NCBI GenBank assembly: GCA_001769505.1
Contig: MEOF01000045.1
Location: forward strand, 42,718-106,717
Length of the DNA: 64,000 nt
Source of the DNA: Bacteroidetes bacterium GWF2_33_38
GTDB taxonomy: Bacteria > Bacteroidota > Bacteroidia > Bacteroidales > GWF2-33-38
Direction: 5' to 3'
Under the pieces are notes generated by a model. The model was given only the letters and a program-made list of their open reading frames with translations, had not been told where the DNA came from and did not search any database. Made by a program: the position numbers and the translations under genes. This document shows positions 36,882-45,807 of this stretch, piece by piece; within the stretch, counting starts at the first letter, position 1; every line of letters begins with the position of its first letter.

Positions 36882-37922
36882 ATGAAAAAAGCATTATTTC
36901 TATTTCCCAAATCATATACCTTACTCGATAATTTTAAAAGTATATTCCAACACGCCGGATACGAAGTATTAAACATTGATTATGCAGATTTTTTCTCGCC
37001 AAGCGAAAAGAAAATTCACCATTATTTATTAAAAATGCCTTGGAATATTCGTTGGGCTGTTCTCGAAAAAATAAACAAAACCGTTAACATTCGGTATAAA
37101 GAAATTTTTGAAGAACAAAAACCGGATATTGTGTTCACATACAACGACCAGAAGTTAGTTAAAGATACGGTTGCATATTTTAATGAAAAATCGACCACTG
37201 CATTTTTTTTAGGAGATAATCCTCTTTTTATAAAAAATCGCCCCGACAATTTAGCTGCAATTTTAGAAGGAAATCATATTTTTTCGCCCGATTCGTATTG
37301 GCTTACACAACTGAAAATTTTGGGAGCCGAGAGCGTTCATTTTTTAATTCCTGGCTATGCGAAAAAATTAAATTATGAAAAAGCTATTTCCAACGAAGAT
37401 GTTAAAAAATGGGGTGCCGATATTGTTTTTATCGGAAACCAATATCACGATACATGGGGATATAAAAGAGCCTTGTTTGCAAATTTGTTTGTTGGACAAA
37501 ATTTTAAAGTTTATGGCGACTTGGCATGGACAAAATGGTTTCGATATTTTCCCGATCTAGAAAAACATTTTACCTTAAATCAAACATATCTGCCATTCGA
37601 AACCGTAAACACGATTCTCAATGCCTCGAAGGTGTATCCGATTGATGCAAATTCGGGTTTAATCAATGGATTACATACTCGTATTTTCGAAACCATCGGC
37701 TCAGGGGTTTTGCCATTGGTCGAATATCGCAAAGATTTGGAAACGGTTTTTGATGGTGTTGAAATACCCGTAATTCATAATTATAATCAAGCCAAAAATC
37801 TTGCGATTGAATATATTAACAAAGATGAAAAACGGAGTCAATTAATTCAAAATCTACAAAAGTTTATCGACCAAAAATATACCGATGCAGAAGTTGGAAA
37901 ACAAATATTCAATAAACTGTGA
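36882..37922 (+). CDS. CgeB-like (Glyco_trans_1_2 type) glycosyltransferase-family protein
   Basis: ...LHTRIFETIGSGVLPLVEY... resembles the CgeB-family C-terminal motif. The ATG at 36882 is preferred because the TTG at 36789 lies inside repeat A2. Confidence 0.55.
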   Translation: MKKALFLFPKSYTLLDNFKSIFQHAGYEVLNIDYADFFSPSEKKIHHYLLKMPWNIRWAVLEKINKTVNIRYKEIFEEQKPDIVFTYNDQKLVKDTVAYFNEKSTTAFFLGDNPLFIKNRPDNLAAILEGNHIFSPDSYWLTQLKILGAESVHFLIPGYAKKLNYEKAISNEDVKKWGADIVFIGNQYHDTWGYKRALFANLFVGQNFKVYGDLAWTKWFRYFPDLEKHFTLNQTYLPFETVNTILNASKVYPIDANSGLINGLHTRIFETIGSGVLPLVEYRKDLETVFDGVEIPVIHNYNQAKNLAIEYINKDEKRSQLIQNLQKFIDQKYTDAEVGKQIFNKL

Positions 37923-39223
37923 ATGTAGCTACCAAAAATATAAATGTTTATTTATTCCTTCTCTTTATTATTATAGGAGGGACTTACAGTTTTGGTTTAG
38001 CTTGGTCTAATTTTTATATCGCTACTCCTTTTGTAAAAATTACCGATAGTCTGTTGTTGTTTTTATATCTTTTTTTTGTTGGGTCTTTTTATTACAAAAA
38101 TAAAATTTCGTATTCTAAATCGCCGATTAAATATTACTACTTTTTTGTAATTCTATTTACGTTTGAACTTATAAAAAATATTGTTTTCTCAGATGCTAGT
38201 ATTCCAGTTCTTATTAATAATGTTAAAAATTACTACATCGTTTTTTTGATTTTCCCACTTGTTAAACTCATTAAAAACGAAAATCAAGTAAAATTATTTA
38301 TTAACGGCATTATTTTATTAGGTCTTATAAATGGATTAGTATATTATTTTCAATTTCTTACAGGAATTGAATTACCGGCATCCAAAGGTGCATATTACGA
38401 AGGTATTTTTAGAATAAACCACCCTGGAGGTAATCTTATGTCTATTTCATTTTTTTTAGTTTTTGCCCGAGTAATTACCAATTATTCAAGGAAACTGTGG
38501 TTAAACTATACATTATTGCTCTTTTTCTTAAGTATATTCATCATTACTTTGGCTCGAGGCTTTTTGTTAGGTATAGCTTTGGGCGTAATTCTAATGATGA
38601 GATGGAATTTTGTTCAAAATACCTTTTCAACAATTTTATATTCATTTTTAATGGTAGTAGGATTATTTTTAGTTGGTCTTTTACTTATCTCACAACTTAA
38701 TTTCAATTTTTCTTCATTTAATTCCCGCATGCAAGAAGGGCTAGAAGATATAAATCAACAAGAAGGAGCTTACAAGGTGCGAGAAGATATGATTATATAT
38801 AAAATGGATTATATATTACAAAATCATCCATTATTAGGTGTTGGATTTTCATATAAAGAAACCGAAACCGATGAGCGAGGAAATGTTCTTGCTGAAAGCT
38901 ATAACGACCCACTAACAGTTAATAACGATTCAACTTACCAAAATATCGTAGTTATTACTGGATACATCGGGTTATTATTATGGGGACTAATTTTGCTAAA
39001 AATATATTTGATCGGAAAAAGATTATTTTTACGTTTTAAAAATACTGAGTGGCAATATGTTTCCTTAGCTCTTATTGGTATTTCTCTTTTTCTGATTATA
39101 CATGGTATTAGTTCGAGTTATTTTAATTCTCCAGGTCTAACTTTTTTAACAATTATTACGGCATTCACATTTTGGATACATAAATTCGCATTAAGCAAGG
39201 CAAACGATGTTAAGAAAAATTAA
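37919..39223 (+). CDS. wzy: O-antigen polymerase/ligase-family membrane protein (Wzy-like)
   Basis: 434 aa, ~10-12 TM helices with one large loop (...NSRMQEGLEDINQQEGAYKVRED...). GTG start overlapping the previous stop. Confidence 0.65.
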   Translation: MNVATKNINVYLFLLFIIIGGTYSFGLAWSNFYIATPFVKITDSLLLFLYLFFVGSFYYKNKISYSKSPIKYYYFFVILFTFELIKNIVFSDASIPVLINNVKNYYIVFLIFPLVKLIKNENQVKLFINGIILLGLINGLVYYFQFLTGIELPASKGAYYEGIFRINHPGGNLMSISFFLVFARVITNYSRKLWLNYTLLLFFLSIFIITLARGFLLGIALGVILMMRWNFVQNTFSTILYSFLMVVGLFLVGLLLISQLNFNFSSFNSRMQEGLEDINQQEGAYKVREDMIIYKMDYILQNHPLLGVGFSYKETETDERGNVLAESYNDPLTVNNDSTYQNIVVITGYIGLLLWGLILLKIYLIGKRLFLRFKNTEWQYVSLALIGISLFLIIHGISSSYFNSPGLTFLTIITAFTFWIHKFALSKANDVKKN

Positions 39224-39292
39224 AATGATTGTCAAATTACAGATACCAACCAAAAGTATTTCTTGCATAGACTGGAATCGTAAATTTGAATT

Positions 39293-39316
39293 AACACTGG
39301 TTTTAAAACCAGTGTT
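39293..39316 (+). terminator. Perfect 24-bp palindrome after wzy (terminator-like hairpin)
   Basis: AACACTGGTTTTAAAACCAGTGTT, 70 nt after the wzy stop. Confidence 0.45.
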
Positions 39317-39440
39317 GAATAAAGTTTTGCTATATTTAAGTGCGACAGAAGCTAATAATTAAACGAAAATCTTGTAACTTGCCAACGTTTCAATTTACGA
39401 ATGAAAAAAATGTTGTTTATTACACGGTTAATTTTTGTAT

Positions 39441-39552
39441 GCCTCTGATTTTAAGAACTTTGCCAAAGTTTGCGTTGAATTGAAATATTGCTGATTATCA
39501 GCGTGTTATACTTTGGTTAAAATCAACTTTGGCAAAGTTGAACGAACTATAG
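39441..39552 (+). repeat. Double-palindrome intergenic repeat, copy B1
   Basis: Boxes AACTTTGCCAAAGTT (39456-39470) and AACTTTGGCAAAGTT (39525-39539). Central GCTGATTATCAGC. Tail GAACGAACTATAG. Inverted partner at 10853-10964. Confidence 0.9.
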
Positions 39553-39624
39553 TTATTAAGTACCATATTAAAATGTCCAAATTGGCAAAGCTATTTTTTT
39601 GAAAAATAGATAAAACATATACAC

Positions 39625-40788
39625 ATGAAAATATTAATTGTCTCCCCAATAAGCCTACCTATTCTAAATACCTTAACTGGAATAATTGATTCGTCGGAAA
39701 AAGTATTTAGGGTTAGTTATCATAACCATCCTTGGATTTATAATTTAGCAAAAGGATTAACCACCATATCCGATACCGAAGTTCATATTCTTTCAGTGAG
39801 CAATGTAATTTCAAAAGAATACCATTTTATTATTGAAAATATTCATTATCATTTGCTTCCTTCAGAAAATAAATACATAAACGCTGGTACATTTTTTATG
39901 CTCGAAGGGCGGAAAATAAAAAAACAAATACAAAAAATCAAGCCTGATATTATTCATGCTCAGGATAGGTCATATCTAGCGTATGCGTCGCTTCATACTT
40001 GCTTTCCGATTGTTATTACCAATCACGGTCAAATCGAAGAACATTATAAGGCTTTGGGAAAGAAAAATTTTAAATATTATATTTTTCTTTACTACTTGAA
40101 GATAGTAAATCGAAACATGAAATATTGTATTGGCGTTTCGCCAAATTGCACCAATAATTGCAAAAAATTTCTATCCGAAGATCGTATTTTCTTAATCCCA
40201 AATGCTATCAATCCTATTTTTTTCGAAGAAAGAAAGTTAGAAGATCAAAATACCATATTATTTACAGGCTCAATCACTCCCTTAAAACAAGTAAAAGAAC
40301 TTGTTTTAGCGATTTCGAAGGTGGAAAATTGCAAGTTAAAATTAATTTATCAATCCTATACTCCAGCCTATTTTGAAGAAATAAAGCAATTAATTAAAAC
40401 ATTAAAGATAGAAAACAGAGTCTTTTTTCTTGGACAGAAAAATCAAGTCGAATTAGCCGACGAAATTGCAACATGCACAGCTCTTTGTCTTCCCTCAACA
40501 TACGAGTCTTTTGGAATGGTGTTGGCTGAAGCCATGGCTGTCGGGAAACCCGTTATAGCTTCGAAAATTGAAGGACCATCTTTTATAGTTACCCACAATT
40601 ACAATGGTTTGCTGTTTGAATCTGGAAATGTAGCGGAATTAGCACAGTGTATATCGCTCTTAATTAACGATAAAGCCTTTGTCGAAAAACTTGCAAAACA
40701 GGCAAAACAAGATGCATCCTTAAGATTTAGTCCCGAATCAGTGGCAAAAAAAACATTTGCAGTATATAAAAAGATTTTATCTTTGTAA
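39625..40788 (+). CDS. Glycosyltransferase family 4 (GT-B, Glycos_transf_1)
   Basis: ...STYESFGMVLAEAMAVGKPVIASKIEG... E-x7-E region. Confidence 0.85.
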   Translation: MKILIVSPISLPILNTLTGIIDSSEKVFRVSYHNHPWIYNLAKGLTTISDTEVHILSVSNVISKEYHFIIENIHYHLLPSENKYINAGTFFMLEGRKIKKQIQKIKPDIIHAQDRSYLAYASLHTCFPIVITNHGQIEEHYKALGKKNFKYYIFLYYLKIVNRNMKYCIGVSPNCTNNCKKFLSEDRIFLIPNAINPIFFEERKLEDQNTILFTGSITPLKQVKELVLAISKVENCKLKLIYQSYTPAYFEEIKQLIKTLKIENRVFFLGQKNQVELADEIATCTALCLPSTYESFGMVLAEAMAVGKPVIASKIEGPSFIVTHNYNGLLFESGNVAELAQCISLLINDKAFVEKLAKQAKQDASLRFSPESVAKKTFAVYKKILSL

Positions 40789-40821
40789 AGTGCGATGCAA
40801 CGTATTAAATAAAGCAAGCGA

Positions 40822-42003
40822 ATGAATACCCCTCAAAAAACAACCATCGTTTTTTTTGCGTATAATCAATCTCTGATTAATTACGTGATTAAAGATGTTG
40901 AAAAATATTTGAACCAAGATTTTAACGTAATTGTTTTACATATCTCAAATTTAACAAGAGATCGATCAAAAGCATTACCTAATAAAGAATATCCTTTTAG
41001 AACAATTGACATTAGTGGCTATAACTCTATTAAAATAAAAAACCTACTCAAATCCATAAGTCCGAAAACAATTATATTTACAACATATCTGGCTTATTAC
41101 GATTTTCTTCTTTTTAATATTGCAAAGAAATTAAAAATTTCCACCATATTTCACGACCATGGATTAGTATTTGGAGGAAAATCCCCACAAAGAGTATCTT
41201 TTATTAAATGGCAAATAATAGTTCGGTTTCTATCCTTTTTTAAAAATTTATTCTTTTTATTTTTAGTGTCTCCCCGAGTAAGTATTATTAAAAATTTTTG
41301 GAAATTTTTCAAACAAAACTTTAATTTCTATTCTTTTGATGCATACTTAATATACAGTTCAAATAATTTGAATCATTATTCTAAAATTCTGCCAATAAAC
41401 CAAAACACTATCATAAGTGGGTTTCCTTTATTTGCCGATGACGTTGAAAAATCGCGTCTAAAAAATTCTTTTCGAAATAATAAGTTTTTATTTGTTCAAC
41501 AACCTTTTCGCAAAATAGATTATTCAACAGCAACTTTTGATGAAGAAATAAATCAAATTCTTGAACTCCAAAAAATTCTTTCTAAATATAATTTTTCATT
41601 GGAAGTGAGACTTCATCCGACTGAAAAAATAAATGATTACGATTTATTGCTTAAAGAAGGAGTCGTATTTAATACAGGAAATCTAATTGAAACATGCTCG
41701 ACTTTTAAAGGTCTCATCGGACAATGGAGCACGGCTCTTATATCTGCCTTACCTCTCAATATTCCAATATACATTATTGAATTTCCAAAGGTAAAACCCG
41801 AATTTAAGTTTTATTACAATATATTTCAAGATTTTGGAATATATATTTTTTCAATGGACGAATTTGAAAAAAGTTTATTAGTCCAACTTAAAACTCATAA
41901 TTTTACATATGACCAAAGTCTGGTTAAAAATTTTATTGGAGAGGATAACACTTTCGAAAAAAATGCAAAAGATTTAACAATGATTATTAATTCATTTAAC
42001 TAA
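40822..42003 (+). CDS. Hypothetical protein; possible HP-motif glycosyl-(nonulosonate-)transferase
   Basis: Clear ORF inside the operon. The only recognisable feature is an ...LEVRLHPTEK... HP-type motif in the C-terminal half. Confidence 0.3.
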   Translation: MNTPQKTTIVFFAYNQSLINYVIKDVEKYLNQDFNVIVLHISNLTRDRSKALPNKEYPFRTIDISGYNSIKIKNLLKSISPKTIIFTTYLAYYDFLLFNIAKKLKISTIFHDHGLVFGGKSPQRVSFIKWQIIVRFLSFFKNLFFLFLVSPRVSIIKNFWKFFKQNFNFYSFDAYLIYSSNNLNHYSKILPINQNTIISGFPLFADDVEKSRLKNSFRNNKFLFVQQPFRKIDYSTATFDEEINQILELQKILSKYNFSLEVRLHPTEKINDYDLLLKEGVVFNTGNLIETCSTFKGLIGQWSTALISALPLNIPIYIIEFPKVKPEFKFYYNIFQDFGIYIFSMDEFEKSLLVQLKTHNFTYDQSLVKNFIGEDNTFEKNAKDLTMIINSFN

Positions 42004-42042
42004 TTTTAAACCACGAATTAGAGAAAAAACTACTTGTCGAAT

Positions 42043-42549
42043 ATGAACGAGAACGATAAACAAATTGTAAAAAGAAAGTATCCCTTAAAAAGAATTTATT
42101 CTAAAATTGTTTTTTATATAGCACGTAAATGTCCTTTTTTACGCGGTGAATTTAGAGCCTCTCTTTTTAAATCCGCAGGAGTTAAAATTGAAAAGCCATC
42201 TGTAACGTTTATTGGCTTTGATGTTGCCTTCGACGATATTTGTCCCGAAAATATTTCGGTAGGGCAAAAAACGATGATTACTGAAGGCGTAAAAATTTTA
42301 TCTCATTTCATTGATGTTAATCATGACGATTTAGAACACATGTATTTCGGAAAAGTTGAAATTGGTTCAAACGTTTTTATTGGGATGAATACTGTAATTG
42401 TACGACCAGTTACTATTGGAAATGGAGCAATTATCGGAGCGAATTCAGTTATTACCAAAGATATTCCTCCATATACTATTTGGGGAGGTAATCCAGCCAA
42501 GTTTATCAAAAACAGAGAAATTAATCAAGATTCCAATAAAATAGAATAA
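42043..42549 (+). CDS. Hexapeptide-repeat (LbH) O-acetyltransferase
   Basis: ...VEIGSNVFIGMNTVIVRPVTIGNGAIIGANSVITKDIPPYTIWGGNPAKFI... Confidence 0.8.
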   Translation: MNENDKQIVKRKYPLKRIYSKIVFYIARKCPFLRGEFRASLFKSAGVKIEKPSVTFIGFDVAFDDICPENISVGQKTMITEGVKILSHFIDVNHDDLEHMYFGKVEIGSNVFIGMNTVIVRPVTIGNGAIIGANSVITKDIPPYTIWGGNPAKFIKNREINQDSNKIE

Positions 42550-42600
42550 TGTTATGATTTTACCAAACTATTATACAATGAACATTTTCTGATAAAGTTG

Positions 42601-43524
42601 ATGATATTTATGAAAAAGGATTTAATAAAAATAATATGCTGCCCAATTAGCCACAAAGACTTGAATTTTGTCAGCATAATAGAAAATGCCGAAGGCGAAA
42701 TATCATCGGGTAAATTGATTACGGAGAGTGGAGTAGAATATTTTATAGAAAATGGAATTCCTAATTTAATTCCATACAATCCTATATTCGAGAAAGAAGA
42801 CGATCGCAAAAATTTATATAAAACTGTTTCTGAACCATATGTCTCTATTTTGCATAAAATAGGTATGGATTCAAATAAAATTGCACAAATGGATTCTCTC
42901 CGATTTGCAATATATTCCAAAACAAAAAAACTATGTGCTGAACATATTTCAGGAAGAGTGTTAGAAATAGGAGCTGGTGGAAATTATTTAAAAGAAGAGT
43001 TTAAAAACGCCTACAACGAATGGATTTCATTAGATTACGATTTACGCTCAGATTCAATAGACATAAGGGGAGATGGTCAAAACCTTCCTTTTAAAAATGA
43101 AATATTTGATACTATTATTTCAATCGACGTTTTAGAACACGTTCCTAATCCTGAAAAATTTGTTTCTGAAATTTTCAGAGTAATGAAACCTAATGGAAAA
43201 GTAATATTATCAACACCTTTTTTCTTTTATTTACATGAAGAGCCTCATGATTTTTTTAGATTTTCGAAATACGGATTGAAAGTATTATTTGAACGTAACG
43301 GATTTAATGTACAAGAAGTTACGCCAACCGCAGGTCTTATCTCGATAATTGGAATATTAATTAGCATCTTTTTAACTCGCATTTTTAAATTTTCTAAAAT
43401 TTTGCTTAAATTTATGTTGAAAATAAATCGTTTTTTTCAATTAAAATTACTTTTACCAATCGATAATAAGTTAGATAAAAACAAAAGATTTGCTCAGGGG
43501 CATTTTATAATAGCAAAAAAATAA
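42601..43524 (+). CDS. Class I SAM-dependent methyltransferase with a Trm112-like N-terminal zinc-ribbon-like segment and a C-terminal TM segment
   Basis: KIICCPISHKDL, VLEIGAGGNYL, ...IDVLEHVPNPEKF...MKPNGKVILSTP. Confidence 0.75.
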   Translation: MIFMKKDLIKIICCPISHKDLNFVSIIENAEGEISSGKLITESGVEYFIENGIPNLIPYNPIFEKEDDRKNLYKTVSEPYVSILHKIGMDSNKIAQMDSLRFAIYSKTKKLCAEHISGRVLEIGAGGNYLKEEFKNAYNEWISLDYDLRSDSIDIRGDGQNLPFKNEIFDTIISIDVLEHVPNPEKFVSEIFRVMKPNGKVILSTPFFFYLHEEPHDFFRFSKYGLKVLFERNGFNVQEVTPTAGLISIIGILISIFLTRIFKFSKILLKFMLKINRFFQLKLLLPIDNKLDKNKRFAQGHFIIAKK

Positions 43525-43625
43525 ACACATGAAATAGCCATGATTGGGAATAAAACAACAACCGAGATGATTATTTTTGGCGTATTCCATCTGGCAAATA
43601 AAAAATTTAATAAAAAAATAATCAG

Positions 43626-44525
43626 ATGAAAAAAATTTACATAGCAGGTTGTGGAGGAATGCTGGGAGAAGCATTTTACCATCAGTTTAAAGCAGAATAC
43701 GAGCTAAAATGTACCGATAAAGATGTAAACGACACTTGGCTTTCGTATTTAGATTTTCGCGATTTTGAAGCCTACAAAAAAGACGTGCTAGATTTTAAAC
43801 CCGATTATTTGTTTCATTTAGGAGCTTATACCGATTTAGAATTTTGCGAACTAAACATTAACGATACCTATCTCACGAATACACTTGCAGTTGAAAATGC
43901 AGTTTATATTGCAAATATGCTCAATATCCCATTGCTATATATTAGTACAGCAGGTATTTTCGATGGGGCAAAAATGGTTTATGATGATTGGGATACTCCA
44001 AATCCTCTCGGACATTACGCTCGAGCCAAATATGCTGGAGAAGTATTTGTCGAAAAAAATGCGAATCGCCATCTTATTTGCCGTGCTGGTTGGATGATGG
44101 GTGCAGGACCCACAAAAGATAAAAAATTTGTCCAAAAATTAATGAAACAATTAAAAGACGGCAAAACTGAACTCTATGTTGTAAACGATAAAGATGGAAC
44201 TCCTACTTATACACACGATTTTGCTAAAAATGTAAAACTCTTACTTGAAAAAGAATATTGGGGACTTTACAATATGGTTTGTGGCGGAGAAACAAGCCGG
44301 CTGGAAGTTGCCAAAGAAATCATAACAATTTTAGGACTTCAAAACAAGGTGCAAATTCACGAAGTAAGTTCCGAGTACTTTAAAAAAGATTATTTTGCTC
44401 TCAGACCACCATGCGAAAGATTGCTTAACAAAAAACTTCATCTTCGGGGACTTAACATCATGCGTGACTGGAAAATTGCATTAACCGAATATTTGCAGAA
44501 CTACTACAAAGGATATCTTGATTAA
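43626..44525 (+). CDS. RmlD-like NDP-4-dehydro-6-deoxyhexose reductase (SDR)
   Basis: KIYIAGCGGMLG Rossmann motif, ...YARAKYAGE... catalytic YxxxK, 299 aa. Confidence 0.75.
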   Translation: MKKIYIAGCGGMLGEAFYHQFKAEYELKCTDKDVNDTWLSYLDFRDFEAYKKDVLDFKPDYLFHLGAYTDLEFCELNINDTYLTNTLAVENAVYIANMLNIPLLYISTAGIFDGAKMVYDDWDTPNPLGHYARAKYAGEVFVEKNANRHLICRAGWMMGAGPTKDKKFVQKLMKQLKDGKTELYVVNDKDGTPTYTHDFAKNVKLLLEKEYWGLYNMVCGGETSRLEVAKEIITILGLQNKVQIHEVSSEYFKKDYFALRPPCERLLNKKLHLRGLNIMRDWKIALTEYLQNYYKGYLD

Positions 44526-45613
44526 TGTCAGAAAAGAAGAATAAAAAAGTTGCGATAATCGGAAGTGCAGGGCTTCCGGCAAACTACGGCGGATTTGAAA
44601 CCTTGGTTAACTACCTAAGCCTGAAAAAAAATCCGAATATTGACTATACCGTATTTTGTCAGAAAACTCCAAAAAAAAATCGATTGAACTATTTTAATGG
44701 TAGTCGATTAAAATATTTGCCATTTAAAGCAAACGGCATTCAAAGCATTATTTACGACATCACCTCTATCATAATAAGTTGGTTTACGTACGACACGCTG
44801 TTAATTCTTGGAACTTCGGGAAGCATTATTTTACCATTTTTAAGAATATTCAAAAAAACAAAAACAATTGTAAATTTTGGCGGATTAGAATGGAAAAGAG
44901 ATAAATGGGGCAAATTTGGACGATGGTATTTGAAGTTTACCGAAAAAATTGCAATTCGATATTCGACGGTTGTTGTAGCCGACAATCAATATTTTTGCGA
45001 TTATATAAACGAAACATACAAAAAAGACTCCGTACTTATTGAATATGGTGGCGATCACACATCTCGAATACCGATTGAACCAACGCTAATTGATAAATAT
45101 CCTTTTTTAAAACTCGAATACGATGTAAGCGTTTCAAGAGCACAAATCGACAATAATTTACATATTCTACTCGACGCTTATAGTAAAACACCTGAACGAA
45201 ATTTAGTGTTGGTTTCCAATTACAATAGTTTTGAATACGGGCGAGAACTGAAAAAAAAATACTCGAGCTATCCAAATTTGTTTTTGCAAGATGCCGTATA
45301 TAATCTCAACGAACTTGATACCATTCGAAGCAATGGTCAACTTTATATCCACAGTCATTCGTTTTGTGGCACAGCACCTTCGTTGGTTGAAGCCATGAAT
45401 ATAGGTCTGCCAATAATTGCGTTTGATGTTCCGACAAATCATTTTACAACCGAAGAAAAAGCCCTCTATTTTAAAGATGTAAACGAACTTTTAGAAATTA
45501 TCAAAAACCTAACAAAAACAACCGAAACTACACTTGGTAAAACCATGCACGAAATTGCAAACCGAAGATATACTTGGCAGCAAATTTCGGATAAATATTC
45601 AGCATTATTCTAA
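44525..45613 (+). CDS. DUF1972-type family 4 glycosyltransferase
   Basis: KKVAIIGSAGLPANYGGFETLVNYL is the DUF1972 N-terminal signature. The C-terminal half is GT-B. Confidence 0.8.
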   Translation: MSEKKNKKVAIIGSAGLPANYGGFETLVNYLSLKKNPNIDYTVFCQKTPKKNRLNYFNGSRLKYLPFKANGIQSIIYDITSIIISWFTYDTLLILGTSGSIILPFLRIFKKTKTIVNFGGLEWKRDKWGKFGRWYLKFTEKIAIRYSTVVVADNQYFCDYINETYKKDSVLIEYGGDHTSRIPIEPTLIDKYPFLKLEYDVSVSRAQIDNNLHILLDAYSKTPERNLVLVSNYNSFEYGRELKKKYSSYPNLFLQDAVYNLNELDTIRSNGQLYIHSHSFCGTAPSLVEAMNIGLPIIAFDVPTNHFTTEEKALYFKDVNELLEIIKNLTKTTETTLGKTMHEIANRRYTWQQISDKYSALF

Positions 45614-45708
45614 ACAAATAAAATATATCTGTAATACCAATGGTTAATGCCGATATTAAAGCAAAACAAGCATACAAAACGAAGTGAAAGTATGCGACAT
45701 TTTGATGT

Positions 45709-45781
45709 TTAATCGGTATAATTCGGAGTATCATAAAACTACGCTTCGTTCAATTTCGACGATAGGAGAAATCTAAAATAT
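45709..45781 (+). repeat. Right copy of the two-block boundary repeat
   Basis: TTAATCGGTATAAT, ~30 nt, then ATTTCGACGATAGGAGAAATCTAAAATAT. Compare 10756-10831. Confidence 0.7.
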
Positions 45782-45807
45782 GACCATACAAAATAAATTA
45801 GCGGACA

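Noticed and set aside
44671-45259. A9 homopolymer tracts (44671-44679, 45251-45259; also 15585-15593, and T9 at 2524-2532) as slipped-strand phase-variation switches
   Set aside because: Such tracts arise from AAA lysine codons and occur in housekeeping genes as well (e.g. the M16 peptidase). There is no enrichment at gene 5' ends, so nothing specific supports phase variation.
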